DNA of 64,000 nt from Alphaproteobacteria bacterium. Its GTDB lineage: Bacteria; Pseudomonadota; Alphaproteobacteria; Puniceispirillales; UBA1172. The position numbers and the translations under genes were made by a program. The DNA is taken from contig JAYQOF010000006.1 in NCBI GenBank assembly GCA_038144675.1, positions 41,622 through 105,621 on the forward strand. The letters run 5' to 3'. This document shows, piece after piece, positions 41,004 to 53,844 of this stretch. Position 1 is the stretch's first letter. Every line of letters starts with the position of its first letter. The notes beneath the pieces were generated by a model that was not told the origin of the DNA, ran no database searches, and saw only the letters and a program-made list of their open reading frames with translations.

Positions 41004-42236
41004 ATGACTGACACACCACAAATAAACAAAATCGTTCTTGCCTATTCGGGCGGTTTGGATACGTCTGTTATCTTGCGCTGGCTTCAGGATGTCAAGCGTG
41101 CCGAGGTCGTGACCTTTACGGCTGATATCGGACAGGGCGAAGATATAGAACCAGCCCGTGCAAAAGCCGAAGCGATGGGCATTCGTGAAATATATATCGA
41201 AGATTTGCGCGAAGAGTTTGTTCGGGATTATGTGTTCCCGATGTATCGTGCCAATCCATTATATGAAGGCGAATACATGCTGGGCACGTCTATTGCCCGT
41301 CCGTTAATTGCTAAACGCCAGATTGAAATTGCACGGGAAACCGGTGCTGATGCGGTTAGCCATGGCGCAACCGGCAAGGGTAATGATCAGGTGCGGTTTG
41401 AACTCGGCTATTACGCCCTGGCACCTGATATCAAAGTGGTAGCCCCATGGCGGGAATGGGATCTGACGTCACGCACCAAACTGATTGAATATGCCGAACA
41501 GCATCAGATCAAAATCCCCAAGGATAAACGCGGTGAAGCACCATTTAGCGTTGATGCTAATCTGCTTCATATCTCGGCCGAAGGTAAAGTGCTGGAAGAC
41601 CCTTGGGTTGAACCGGAAGAATATATTTATTCGCGAAGCGTATCGCCAATGGATGCACCGGATACGCCAACGGAAATCACGATTGATTTTGTTGCTGGTG
41701 ATCCAGTGGCGATAAATGGCCGTGATTTGTCACCTGCCCGTCTATTGGAAGAACTGAATATCCTTGGCGGAAAAAATGGGATTGGTCGTGCTGATCTGGT
41801 CGAAAACCGGTTTGTTGGGATGAAATCCCGCGGGGTATATGAAACGCCGGGCGGCACTATTCTGCTTAAGGCCAGACGTGCTATGGAATCTATTACCCTT
41901 GATCGTAATGCCGGCCATGCCAAAGACGCCATGTTGCCGGGTTTTGCAGAATTGGTCTATAATGGGTTCTGGTTTGATCCGGAACGGGAAATGTTGCAGA
42001 AAGCCATAGATAGAAGCCAGCATAATGTGACAGGACGTGTCCGGCTCAAACTCTATAAAGGGAATGTCATCATAACCGGACGGCAATCACCGCAATCGCT
42101 ATATCAGCCTGATCTGGTGACATTCGAAGAAGGCGCGGCCGATTATGATCAGTCAGACGCCCATGGCTTTATCCGCCTTAATGCGTTGCGGTTGCGGGTC
42201 AATCGCATGATTGCGGATAAATCTTCTGATACCTGA
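41004..42236 (+). CDS. argG: argininosuccinate synthase (410 aa, intact)
   Basis: [45 protein letters not shown]. Confidence 0.95.
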   Translation: MTDTPQINKIVLAYSGGLDTSVILRWLQDVKRAEVVTFTADIGQGEDIEPARAKAEAMGIREIYIEDLREEFVRDYVFPMYRANPLYEGEYMLGTSIARPLIAKRQIEIARETGADAVSHGATGKGNDQVRFELGYYALAPDIKVVAPWREWDLTSRTKLIEYAEQHQIKIPKDKRGEAPFSVDANLLHISAEGKVLEDPWVEPEEYIYSRSVSPMDAPDTPTEITIDFVAGDPVAINGRDLSPARLLEELNILGGKNGIGRADLVENRFVGMKSRGVYETPGGTILLKARRAMESITLDRNAGHAKDAMLPGFAELVYNGFWFDPEREMLQKAIDRSQHNVTGRVRLKLYKGNVIITGRQSPQSLYQPDLVTFEEGAADYDQSDAHGFIRLNALRLRVNRMIADKSSDT

Positions 42237-42764
42237 GTGCTAAAATATTATTGTGATGTTGTCTTAATTTAAGCAAACAGGTTCGCTGACCGTGCCATCG
42301 GTGTTTACCTGTTTCAGGACAACAGAGCCAAATGGCGCCACCGCATAGCCAGTGTCATATTTTCCTGTCTGGCAAGGCGTTTTTGACACAAATTTATATT
42401 CTGCCATTCCGTTACTGTTTTTGAAAATTCCTGATAGGGTTCTGAATTGACGGTGGCAATTAAAGCCAGAGCAATGATAATAGGCATATTGAAACTCCTT
42501 ATGGCATAATTATTTTGAATAATTCATCATGAATTAACCATCATATGTTGCTGTTATGCTCACAAGTTACTATCAGGCTTTGGCAGAATTTTTACCAAAT
42601 TATGTCTAGTTTATGTCAATAGAGATGTAATCAGGGCTTTTCGATTATGCGTTCATGCCCTATATATATGGATATGAAATAACACTGGTAGGTGACAATA
42701 ATGCTCGCCTGATCAGTTGATCTTTTCAGATCAATAAGCCCCATAATCCAGAAGGAGAAATAAG

Positions 42765-43367
42765 ATGGCTTTTACTCTTCCCGACCTTCCTTATGCCTAT
42801 GATGCGCTTGCCGCGGCTGGCATGAGCCAGGAAACACTAGAATTTCACCATGACCTGCACCATAAGGCATATGTCGATAACGGCAATAAACTGCTAGAAG
42901 GTTCAGGCCATGAAGGCAAGTCCCTAGAAGATATCGTTGTTGCCACATATCAGCCGGGGGCATTGGTGCAATCCGGGCTGTTCAATAATGCATCCCAGCA
43001 CTGGAATCACATTCAGTTCTGGGAAATGATGGGGCCATCAGGTCAGGCGATGCCATCTGAACTGGAAAGCGCATTGACAGAAAACTTTGGTTCTGTTGAT
43101 GCATTCAAGGCGGAATTTTCTGCCGCTGGTGCCGGACAGTTTGGTTCCGGCTGGTGCTGGCTGGTTAAGGATAAGGATGGCTCGCTCAAGGTGACCAAAA
43201 CCGAAAACGGCGTCAACCCGCTATGTTTCGGCCAGACACTGCTCTGCTTGGATGTGATGTATGGGAACATTCCTATTATATTGATTTCCGCAACAAACGC
43301 CCCGCCTATTTGAGTAACTTTCTCGATAATCTGGTTAACTGGGAAAATGTAGCGTCACGCATGTCAT
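42765..43367 (+). pseudogene. sodB: Fe/Mn superoxide dismutase, frameshift before the C-terminal metal-ligand motif
   Basis: AFTLPDLPYAYDAL...FHHDLHHKAYV...NNASQHWNHIQFW...GSGWCWLV in frame. From about 43232 the conserved [41 protein letters not shown] is in another frame, ending at TAG 43365-43367. Confidence 0.85.
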
Positions 43368-43396
43368 AGGTAATGTGGCGAATAAATCATAAGCTT

Positions 43397-43429
43397 AAGG
43401 CCTGATAGCAATGTCAGGCCTTTGTTTTT
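43397..43429 (+). terminator. rho-independent terminator downstream of sodB
   Basis: aaggcctga-tagcaatg-tcaggcctt followed by tgttttt. Confidence 0.7.
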
Positions 43430-43520
43430 ATGGGGATATGTGATGATTGCGGCTTGACCCCATGCATGGTGCTGGCGATAGTATGATTAAGAACACAACA
43501 CATACAATTGAGGAATTATC

Positions 43521-44970
43521 ATGAACCTATCTGATCCTTCGCTTCTGAAAACGGATGCCTATATCAACGGTAAATGGGTTGATGCAGGCGGTAAAACTAT
43601 TGCGGTGACCAACCCTGCCACGGGTGAGGTTATTGCCAATGTTGCTGATCATGGGGCAGAAATGACCAGAACAGCGATTGAAGCAGCGGAAGTCGCGCAA
43701 AAGAAATGGGCGGCCCTGACAGCCAAGGAACGTGCTATGATTATGCGCCGCTGGTTTAATCTCATCATGGAAAATCAGGAAGACCTGGCACAGATATTAA
43801 CCGCTGAAATGGGCAAGCCATTGGCAGAAGCACGGGGTGAGGTGGCCTATGGTGCGTCATTTATCGACTGGTTTGCCGAAGAAGGCCGCCGTGTTACCGG
43901 TGATGTGCTGATGCCGCATCAGTCTGATAAGCGGCTGGTCGTGATGAAACAGCCGATTGGCGTTTATGGTGCGATTACGCCGTGGAACTTTCCTAATGCC
44001 ATGATCACCCGTAAGGTCGGGCCCGGTATGGCGGCGGGATGTGCTGGCGTGGTAAAACCAGCTAAGCAAACCCCGCTTTCTGCCCTTGCTCTGGCTGAAC
44101 TGGCTGATCGGGCAGGTGTTCCGGCCGGTGTGCTGAATGTTCTTAACGGGAGCAGTGCTTCAGCTATTGGAACAGAGATTTGTACAAATCCGATTGTCCG
44201 CAAAGTCACTTTTCACCGGATCAACCGAAATTGGCCGTGTGTTGATGAAACAATCGGCAGATACGATTAAGAAAGTCAGTATGGAATTGGGCGGAAATGC
44301 ACCATTGATTGTATTTGATGATGCAGATTTAAGCGTGGCAGTACCAGAAGCTCTGGCTTCAAAGTTTCGAAACGCCGGCCAGACATGTGTCTGTGCCAAC
44401 CGGATTTTTGTTCAGGATGGCATTTATGATGAATTTGCCGCCGCCATGGCTGCTGAAGTCGCCAAGATGAAGCTGGGTAATGGTGCTGATGATGGCGTCA
44501 CCATGGGGCCGCTGATTGATGAACAGGGTCTGCAAAAAGCCGAAGAACATGTGAAAAATGCGGTTAGTGGCGGTGCCAAGACGCTAATCGGCGGTAACAG
44601 GTCTAATCTGGGGTCGACATATTTTGAACCAACGGTGCTAACCGATGTGACACCGGATATGCAGATTTTCCACGAAGAAACATTTGGCCCTGTGGCACCA
44701 TTATTCCGTTTCAAGACAGAAGAAGAAGTGATTGCTCTGGCTAATGATACGATTTTTGGACTAGCCGCGTATTTCTTTGCTAAGGATGTATCTCGTGTCT
44801 GGCGTGTGGCCGAACAACTGGAATATGGAATTGTTTCTGTGAATACAGGCATCTTTTCTAATGAGATTGGCCCATTTGGCGGCATCAAGCAATCCGGTGT
44901 TGGCCGCGAAGGTAGCCGTTACGGGATCGAGGAATATATGGAAATGAAATATATGTGCCTAGGCGTATAA
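43521..44970 (+). pseudogene. gabD: succinate-semialdehyde dehydrogenase (NAD(P)+), one frameshift
   Basis: LLKTDAYINGKWVDA...AITPWNFP (ORF 43521-44270). FTGSTEIGRVLM...MELGGNAP...EETFGPVAPLF...GGIKQSGVGREGS (ORF 44137-44970). The break is near 44205. Confidence 0.85.
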
Positions 44971-45016
44971 GGTTCCGGCAAAACTAAATAATATCAGGGA
45001 TGAGGGTTGAAAGATC

Positions 45017-45637
45017 ATGGGTGATGATGCCGCAAGCGGTAAAGCCGATACCAAAGAGTTGCCTGACTATGAGGTGGATATCCTCATCCCTGAATCTGAA
45101 ATAGCAGCACGCGTTAATGCTCTGGCGCGGGATATCAATGCCCATTATCGCGGTACCAGAAAGCTGGTTGTCGTAGGGTTGTTGCGTGGCTCATTCATCT
45201 TTATTGCTGATCTGGTGCGGCGACTTGATCTACCGGTTGAGGTGGATTTCATGACCGTATCCAGTTATGGCAAAGCCATGGAATCCAGCCGTGACGTCCG
45301 CATTCTGAAAGACCTTGAGGGGGATATCATAGGGACAGATGTTCTTGTGGTTGAGGATATTATCGATACAGGCCATACGCTTCATCAGGTGCTGGAAATT
45401 CTGCAAACGCGGCAACCTAAAAGTCTTGAGGTGTGTTGCCTGCTCAATAAACCGTCCCGGCGGGAAGCCGATGTCAAGGCGCGCTGGATCGGCTTTGATA
45501 TTCCGGATGCGTTTGTGGTTGGTTACGGGATTGACTATGCCCAGAATAACCGCCACCTGCCCCATATCGGCGCGGTCAGGGTTAAGGGTGATTTGGCCGG
45601 ACTAACCCCAGCCTATCACGCTAGCCCCATCAGCTGA
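45017..45637 (+). CDS. hpt: hypoxanthine phosphoribosyltransferase
   Basis: [22 protein letters not shown] motif [23 protein letters not shown]. The C-terminal tail is longer than usual and overlaps the convergent dddP 3' end. Confidence 0.85.
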   Translation: MGDDAASGKADTKELPDYEVDILIPESEIAARVNALARDINAHYRGTRKLVVVGLLRGSFIFIADLVRRLDLPVEVDFMTVSSYGKAMESSRDVRILKDLEGDIIGTDVLVVEDIIDTGHTLHQVLEILQTRQPKSLEVCCLLNKPSRREADVKARWIGFDIPDAFVVGYGIDYAQNNRHLPHIGAVRVKGDLAGLTPAYHASPIS

Positions 45638-46954
45638 TCATCCCATGGGTAACTGGTCATATTTTCCACCCCGTCTTCGGTCACCAGCACCTGATTTTCC
45701 AGCTTGATGGAATAAGGGCCGCCATCGCGTCCGATCAATGCTTCCACGCATAGCATCATCCCCGGTTTCAGCACATGATCAAAGGCGCCTTCGACAAAAT
45801 CCTGCGGATAGCCACCAGCGGCCATTCATCACAAAGCCCGACCCCATGGAACCGGCAGGAATATCGCCCCGCCACATAGGAATCCGGTAATTGATGGCCT
45901 TTATAGGTCAGATCACGCAAATGCACCCCCGGTGCCATTAACGCGGTATTGGTTTCAATATGTTCAACGCCCAGCCGGTAGTCATCAATCATATCCTGCG
46001 TCGGTTTACCATCCCCAGAAACCATGTGCGGGAAATATCACAACACATGCCATATACCCCGATCAGATCCGTATCAAAGGCCAGAATTTCATTATTCTGG
46101 ACAATGCGGGGGCCCACATTCCTGAAACCATGGATAGGTGCGGGGCCTGATGCCAGAAGCCGCGTTTCAATCCATTCCCCGCCACGTTTGATATTTTCGG
46201 CATGCAGATGCGCCCATATGGCATCCTCTGTCATGCCCGGGCTGGCTTCACGTTCCATAACGCGAACAGATTGCTCACACGCATGAATGGCACAGCGCAT
46301 GGCCAGAATCTCATCCGGGCCTTTGATGGCGCGGTTATGTTCCATTAACTCTTCGCCTTCGGCTACGGTATAACCAGCCGCTTCAAACGCTTTATAGCCA
46401 TGCACCATGATTTTATCGATAGCCAGCCGCCGGCCCCTGCCCACACGGTCCTGCATGATGGATGTCACATCCTTGACAAAATCATTAGCGGCCGAGCCAG
46501 TTTTATCACCATTGGCAAAATAGAACATGGATGCACCGGAACGCACTTCACGCACCAGCGGGTTATAATCACATAAAAACGGTGACATTTTATAATCATA
46601 AAACCACCATATAGCCATCTGCTGTTACCAGACAGGCGCGGAACGGATTATGGGTATTCCATAACTGCATATTGGTGGTATCAGACGCATATCTGATATT
46701 CAGCGGATCAAATAGCAACACACCATCAAGATCACGTTCGGCAAGGCCGGCCATAATACGGTTAAGCCGGAACAACGCATGGCTTCAAGGTCAGGCGGGG
46801 TTAATCCGGCGGCCGCCCATTCATCAAAAGCCAGCTGTGTCGGCCCTATTTCGATCCGGTCATTATCATCAGGCGACCCATCTGGCCGCAGGTGACCGTT
46901 AGTCGGCTGGGTTGGGTTAATTTTTCTAGTATCCCGAAAATGCTGAATTGTCAT
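45616..46954 (-). pseudogene. dddP: DMSP lyase DddP-like M24 metallopeptidase-fold protein, at least three frameshifts
   Basis: MTIQHFRDTRKINPTQ...DGSPDDNDRIEIGPTQLAFDEWAAAGLTPPDLEAMR; NPLVREVRSGASMFYF...KGPDEILAMRCAIHACE...RGGEWIETRLLASGP...FDTDLIGVYGMCCDISRTW; FHGVGLCDEWPLVA; PGMMLCVEALIG...SIKLENQVLVTEDGVENMTSYP. The close resemblance to characterised DddP is from memory. Confidence 0.8.
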
Positions 46955-47098
46955 GGCTAGCCCCCATTTTTCCTTATTGAGGCTAGTCATAAACCATTTG
47001 CAGTTCAAGCAGAAATGATAATCGACACATCCAATCTTACTTCAGGATATCAGGAATAATTGTGACGACCTGAGGGAATAATGCCAAGATCGCAAGTC

Positions 47099-49396
47099 CT
47101 AACAGCTGAATGAGAACAAAGGCATAACACCTCTATATATCTGCTTTGTTGTCACGCTAGATGGAGCCACTCCACGCAGATAGAACAGTGCAAAACCAAA
47201 TGGCGGTGTCAAAAATGACGTCTGCAGGTTAATGGCAATCATGATGGTCACCCATTTAGGGTCAAATGAGCCGCCATAAATAACAGGGCCGACAATCGGA
47301 ATAACAATATAGATAATTTCCAGAAAATCTAAATCAAACCCCAGAATAAACAGCACGAGCATCACGATGAAAAAGGCTGTCCATTCATTGGAAAAACTTC
47401 TCAAGAACTGCTGGATATAATGTTCACCGCCAAAGGATATCAAGACCAAATTTAATACTTGGGAGCCAATCAAAATGGTGAACACCATGGAGGTTACTTT
47501 GGCGGTTTCACGCACCACTGGTGCTAGCACTTATTCTTTATACAGGTAATAGCATGCCCAGAAAATCCCGAACATGGAAAATAGGAAGGCTGTAAAAGCA
47601 ACGCCGAAAGCAATGATATTTTCAACGGCCATATCAGAGTTAAGCCGCATATCAAAATTAATCCCTACTAGCAGCATAACCATAATGGCAAGGGCAATAC
47701 GAATAACGGGAGTTGCAGGCATGCCGGCAACCCCAAGTCCGTCGTGCGGCTGCCAGCAAGATGGCACCGCCTGCCCCTAATGCGGCAGCTGGTGTCGGAT
47801 TTGTTATACCCTCAGAATGGAGCCAAGAACCGCAGGTATAAGCACTAATGGCGGAAAGATAACCCTTATGAGGTCATTTTCGAACAATCTTCTGACCCCT
47901 TCGCGGACGCCATATAATGCCAGTAGTCCGGGCAGGGCAATGATTAAGACCGTTACCCCGGAGATGTCAGGGGAGAAATAAACAGGATATCAGCCAGGAC
48001 AACTAAATCACACCAATGGCACCTATAATCAGTGGGGTTGTGTCCTTTGCAACATTAACCGCCCGGCCAAAGATAAGAATAAGTGCCATAATCAATGAGC
48101 CTATGCCCAGGCCAATTCCGATAGGGGAAATATTTTCAAGGCGTTCAGATAATAAAATATCGCGCTCTTCTACGGAAAGTTCGCGTGATGTTTAATGCCG
48201 CCTGATGCATCGATAGCCATCTGCTGAGTGATGGCAGCATCCCATGCGGCCTGACCATGCAATTCAATCATGGATGCGGCGCATTCAGGGCTGACATTTG
48301 TTCTTACGTGCTGCGCTTTCACCGATATCAGAGAAAGTATCAATAATGGCAGACTGGCTTCCGATTACGCCAAACTGCAGAGAAAGAAGAAATATGGCAA
48401 ATAAACCAAAGGGGATGAGTAAAGCCCATAATTGGATTTGACGACTTGATGTGCCATTGCCGGATGTTGCTAAATTCTGGCACCAGAGGTGGTGCTTTTG
48501 ATGGATTAAATAATGCAAAGACAAACACATATAAGGCATAAAGCAGCGATAGCATGATACCTGGCAATAATGCAGCCTGGAAAAGTGTACCAACAGATAC
48601 AACAGCAGGTTCCCCTAGATATGTCAGGGCATCAGTGCAACCGGCCAGTTGAGCGCGGTCTTCCTGGTTCAGATGCGGTTGAATATATGTCGCCTGCTAA
48701 TGTGCCTAACAGAACAATGACAATAGATGGCGGTATCACTTGTCCCAGTGTTCCGGATGCAGCGATAACCCCAGTTGAAAGTTCAGGCGAATAATTATTT
48801 CGTAACATAGTTGGTAAGGCTAGCAACCCCATGGTCACAACTGTGGCGCCAACTATTCCGGTAGATGCGGCAAGAAAAGCCCCAACAACCACAATAGATA
48901 CCGCTAAGCCCCCGGGAAGTGAGCCAAATATATTGGCCATTTTGGTCAATAATTCATCTGCAATTTTGGATCTTTCAAGTACTATTCCCATCAAAACAAA
49001 CATTAAAACAGCAAGCAGGGTTTCAATAGACTGGCCTGCAAATACGCGTTCATTCATTCTGTTGACAATAAAGGAAAGATTGCGATCAAGGGCAACTTCC
49101 CAGCCTTGAGGGAAGAGGGGATATTCTGTTGTGGGTAAATCCGGGTAAGTGAATATGGATATCTTTTCGGGTCGTATCCCCGATGAAACAATATCTTTAT
49201 AGACTGCCGAACCGGTATCAATGGCTTGATGAACCAGAAATCCATTCCCATCAAGGATAGCAATCAATGCAAAGGATATTATCTAACCAGCACCACCGAT
49301 GGCAAAGGCAACGGGAAAACCTGATAAAATTGCTGAAAACAGTGTGGCAAACACAATAATCAGCCCAATTTCAACTCCATCCAGTCCTAATATCAT
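47099..49396 (-). pseudogene. TRAP transporter large permease (DctM/FcbT3-type), shattered
   Basis: Starts MILGLDGVEIGLIIVFATLFSAILSGFPVAFAIGGAG at 49396. Then LERSKIADELL...GSLPGGLAVS...GIVGATVVTMG...SGTLGQVIPPS (ORF 48632-49267). C-terminus NLQTSFLTPPFGFALFYLRGVAP (ORF 47099-47530). There are many frame changes between them. Confidence 0.75.
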
Positions 49397-49397
49397 A

Positions 49398-50301
49398 TCA
49401 TTTTTCCAAAGGCTGATGTGCTAGCGGGGTTGTGCATTCATTGACCCAAGGTCGCGATCCAGATAAATTTTTTTCCGAACTTTCGCCTTCTATCCATTCC
49501 AGATAGGAACGGTAAAAAGCAATTGCATGGAGAATGACCAAACCTGTAAAGGCAAGAATTAACATTTTAAATAGAAAATAAGCATTAAAGCCATTGGGAG
49601 AAAAGCCAAATGTTTCAACATTCCAGCGTAAAGCACGCGATTTCATCAGTAACTTTTCTACCGTATCCGATGCAGATGGTTTAGGAACAATCAAATGCCG
49701 CCACATAAAAAACCAACTATACATCCAGATCAGAATACCGCAGGAAGCATAAAGAATATACTACCAAACATATCGATTATTTTTTTGTGCGAAAAGACAC
49801 CGCTGAATAGATTAAATCCACCCTAACATGGCCACCTTGAACAAAAGTATATGATGGCGCATAATGCAATGATCATGGCATTGTAGAGCTTCAGGATTTC
49901 CGACCACCAGCTCACATCAAATGAAAAGGATATGCCAAATCCGAGAGAGTGATTTTGTGAAACGGCAAAAACACGCTGGGTGAAAATAATCATAATCTGG
50001 ATCAACACCATGATTAACCTGCTCCATACCCAATGCGTCCAATACGATTAGCCATGCTTTCCAGAGTAAAAACCGTCTGCCACATCAATGGGCGATAGAA
50101 TATTCCCAAAATGGTGTATGAAATAAAGATCAGGAGAAAGACAAAGAATAATTCAATAGAAGCACCATAATAAATAAACCGCATTAACGATTGTTTATCT
50201 TCTATGGTATTGCCCCAAGTCATCCAGTCTAGCCAGAGCTGAGGACTTGTTAAGGTATTGAAAGAGATTTTATGGCAAATAGGATATGTGATAATATCCA
50301 T
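49398..50301 (-). pseudogene. TRAP transporter small permease (DctQ/FcbT2-type), multiple frameshifts
   Basis: Hydrophobic ORF pieces 50014-50301, 49823-50011 and 49398-49724. My own translation shows GGHVRVDLIYS (the DctQ-like HxRxD motif) between the pieces. The stop lies 1 nt before the large-permease start. Confidence 0.55.
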
Positions 50302-50430
50302 GTTATCGGGTTGTCAGAAAAGGTTGCAACGTTATCCATCCCCATGCCCAATGCTATATTTATCTAGAGCCTAGATTTTGGGATGTGAATAGAATAATTA
50401 TCCTATTCACATCCATTAAGTTTTAATCAT

Positions 50431-51508
50431 TTATCCATTAACACGGTTACGCTGATTTGCGAATACTCCGTCGGATATGCTCATCCAGTCATATGTCTGG
50501 ATGGACGCTTCATAACTTGTCCGAATTTTTGCAAATAGCGGATCATCCATGAAGCTATCTAGAGCTTCTTTGGAAGCTTTGCCAAATGCATCCCAGATGG
50601 AATCATCAAAACTCATCACTTTAACGCCTTCTGAACGAAGCCGCTCAAGAGCCTGGGCATTTCTGGCGTTAGATTGTGCCAAGCCCAGCTATGTGTTGCA
50701 GCAGCCGCATTCTCGATGATGGCTTGCTGTGATGGTGTGAGAGATTCAAAGACATCTCTGTTTAGAGCTGTTGAAAGTGCTGACCCTGGCTCATGGAAGC
50801 CTGATGTATAGTAGAACTCACAAATTTCCTGAAAACCAAGACGCTCATCAGCAAATGGCCCAATCCATTCGGCACCATCAATAGCACCTGAAGATAGAGC
50901 CTGATAAATCTCACCACCAGGAATGTTCTGAACAGAAGCACCAGTAAGGCCAAGTGCCTTACCCAAATCTGGAATACGGAACTTAAGCCCCTGAAGGTCA
51001 TCAGCTGACTTAATTTCCTTATTAAACCAACCGCCAGGCTGATGCCCAGTGTTGCCTGCAAGAAATGACTTTAGTCCAAAATTTGGCCAAGCTCGTCATG
51101 AAGCTCCTGACCACCATTATGTAAATACCAGCTCATTGTTTCAGGGCCAGTCATTCCAAATGGAACAGAGGTAAAGAATGCATAGGCTGGATGCTGATTC
51201 ATAAAGTAGTAATCGGCAGAATGGTACATGTCTGCTTGACCAGCACTAACCGCATCAAACACTTCTAATGCTCCAACAAGAGTTCCTGCCGGTTTTTTAT
51301 CAATGGTAATCTGACCATCAGTCATTGCCATAATACGGTCAGCAAGGTTTTGTGCTGCATCATCAAAAACAGCAAATCCTTCAGGTACCGATGTAACCAT
51401 AGTTAAAGTACGTTTACCTTGAGCGTAAACTGGGGCTGCGAGTGATGATGTCGCAACAGCGGCCGTAGCACCTACAGCTGAGTTTTTTAAAAACGAACGA
51501 CGTTTCAT
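50431..51508 (-). pseudogene. TRAP transporter substrate-binding protein (DctP/FcbT1-type) with twin-arginine signal, frameshifted
   Basis: MKRRSFLKNSAVGATAAVATSSLAAPVYA, then MVTSVPEGF...GALEVFDAVSAGQADMYHSADYY (ORF 51071-51508). It continues in two other frames (50616-50966, 50431-50682). Confidence 0.8.
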
Positions 51509-51839
51509 TATAATCCTCCTTGATTGTGGATTAACGTTAGAAAAAGTTTACACAATTGCCCCGTAATCGAAAGCTATATTTCTGTAAACCACTATGCACA
51601 TTACATAGATGTGGCAAAGGTTCAGTCAACTAAAAACTAGAAATTTTGAAGATTAAATTTAGCGAATCTCACATTTATCTTAATCTATTAATGCATAAAT
51701 AATTCTGTATTTTTTAACATTATTATTATTCGCGCCCTAATAATCGAGACTTGATTCTGTTTGCTTGACCTGTCTTGATTATCCTAGCATCGCCTAGATG
51801 CGGACTGATAATAGACAACGTGAATAAAGGGAGGAATTC

Positions 51840-52453
51840 ATGACAACAGCATTTATAGCTATTGATGTTCAGAATGATTTTTGCCCCGGGGGTGCGCTGG
51901 CCGTTAATGATGGTGATGCCGTAGTAGACCCCATTAATGCGCTGATGGATATTTATGATCATGTTATCCTGACACAGGATTGGCACCCGGATGGCCATTC
52001 CAGTTTCGCCAGCCAGCATGATGGGCATGACCCCTTATCCACGATCACCTATGCCATGGCGAACAAACCCTATGGCTGGATCATTGCATACAGGGAAAGT
52101 GGGGGCTGAATTTCATGCCCGATTAAATCTGACACGGGCTGAGCTGATTATCCGCAAAGGATATCGCCGTGAAATTGATTCCTATTCGGCCTTTTTTTGA
52201 AAATGATCACAAAACCACAACAGGTCTTGCCGGGTATTTGAATGATAGGGGGATCACCCATGTGGTCATGGCCGGGCTGGCCACTGATTTCTGCGTTGCC
52301 TTTTCCGCCATTGATGCCCGTAAATGCGGTTTTAGTTGTCAGGTGGTTATGGATGCGTCGCGGGCAATTGATTTTGGTGGATCATTAGCAGCTATGACAG
52401 ATGCCATGATAAGTGCCGGAGTAGAATTGGTCAATAGCACTGAACTCAAATAA
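51840..52453 (+). pseudogene. pncA: nicotinamidase/pyrazinamidase, frameshifted
   Basis: AFIAIDVQNDFCPGGALAV...LTQDWHPDGHSSFA, then GKVGAEFHARL...RKGYRREIDSYSAFF, then GLATDFCVAFSAIDA, in three frames. Confidence 0.8.
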
Positions 52454-52465
52454 CAGTTTCCACCG

Positions 52466-53725
52466 TTATCTTTTCATCAGGGCTTTCAGATCGGTATTCG
52501 GGTCAGCAATCAGATCAATGGTAATAGGCTGGGCGGTTTCCCGTGGCAGATAACAGATGCCGGCCACCATAGGCTGCCCGTCATTTGGGATTCAATGGCG
52601 GCAAATCTGCCTTCCGCCGTAAATGACCAGAAAGATACCTGTCCTTCACGTCGTCCGTCCGGCGAACAGTTTCATGTTCTGCCGGAACCAGTCCTGCTGA
52701 TTGCAGACGTTGATCATATTGTTCCGACCAGAACCATGGGACTTCATGAATGCCGGCTGTTTGATTCATCATCGTTTGGGCAGCGATATCTGCACTCATC
52801 TGGGCGTGATGAACGGATTCCAGTCTTATCTGGACCATTGGTAGCCATCTGCCGGAAGGCGACATCGCCAATGGCGAAAATATCTGGCTTATTCGTGCGA
52901 TAGAATGTATCTGTCCGGATACCATTGTCAGTTTTGATGCCAGCTTTAGCGGCGATATCCATATCCGGAATGACACCAATACCGGCAATCACCAGATCAG
53001 CATCTATGGATGAATTATTACTGGCGTTAACCGTTACCTGATGGTCTGATGGTAGTATGCCACTGACCTGAGTATTTGTATAAATAGCAACCCCATGTGA
53101 CTGGTGAAGCGCATCAAAATAGGATGATGCCATACGGCTAGCTACCCGTGCCAGCAAACGGTCGGCGGCTTCAATAACAGATACCTCTTTACCCAGAGCG
53201 CGGCACTTGCCGCGACTTCCAGCCCGATATAGCCGCCACCAATAATGCTAACCTTTTCTGCGTGATGTAATTTATCACGCAACTGTCTGGCATCGTCAGG
53301 GTGGCGTAATACCAACAGCCGGTCACTGTCGGCACCGTCAACAGGTAGAGGCCGAGGATATGCACCAGTGGCAAGAACCAATTTATCCCAGTCAAGCACC
53401 TGCCCATCCGAAAGGGTCAGTTGATGATCATCCGGCGCGATGGCCGTGACATGATATCCGTCCATGAAGGTGATGGTGTTATCATCAAACCAGTTATCAG
53501 GACGCAGGCAAAAGGATTTATCTTCTGTTACATCTGCTTTCAGAAACGCTTTCGACAAAGGGGGCGTTCCAGTGGCAATCCGGATAGCCGGTCGATAATG
53601 GTGATTGCACCTTCATGCCCTAATTTGCGGAGTCGTTCTGCACAGGCAATTCCCGCATGACTTCCACCTATAATAATAATATTATGTTGAGCCAAGACGA
53701 TTTGATCAGATGCAGATTCGGTCAT
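52466..53725 (-). pseudogene. FAD-dependent pyridine nucleotide-disulfide oxidoreductase (ferredoxin reductase-like), frameshifted
   Basis: NIIIIGGSHAGIACAERLRKLG (53540-53725), LVLATGAYPRPLP...VSIIGGGYIGLEVAA (53142-53558), IFAIGDVA (52744-53157). The C-terminal part is in further frames. Confidence 0.75.
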
Positions 53726-53844
53726 GATAGTATTCCAGCGTCATTGATTATTATCCATTCTTTACTGTCATATAGAACGTGATTTGACAATAGTCGGATG
53801 ATGCGTGATAAAAATACATCCATAACTAGTTAATAGGATTTTGT

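Noticed and set aside
42240-42490. Small minus-strand gene between argG and sodB
   Set aside because: A 57-codon ORF starting MPIIIALALIATVNS exists. A more protein-like continuation (KFVSKTPCQTGKYDTGYAVAPFGSVVLKQVNTDGTVSEPVCLN) is in another frame. With no family recognised, the evidence is too weak for a feature call.
45616-45637. 22-bp convergent overlap of hpt and dddP as a regulatory feature
   Set aside because: More likely it comes from an extended hpt C-terminal tail, or from uncertainty about the true stop positions in a decaying region.
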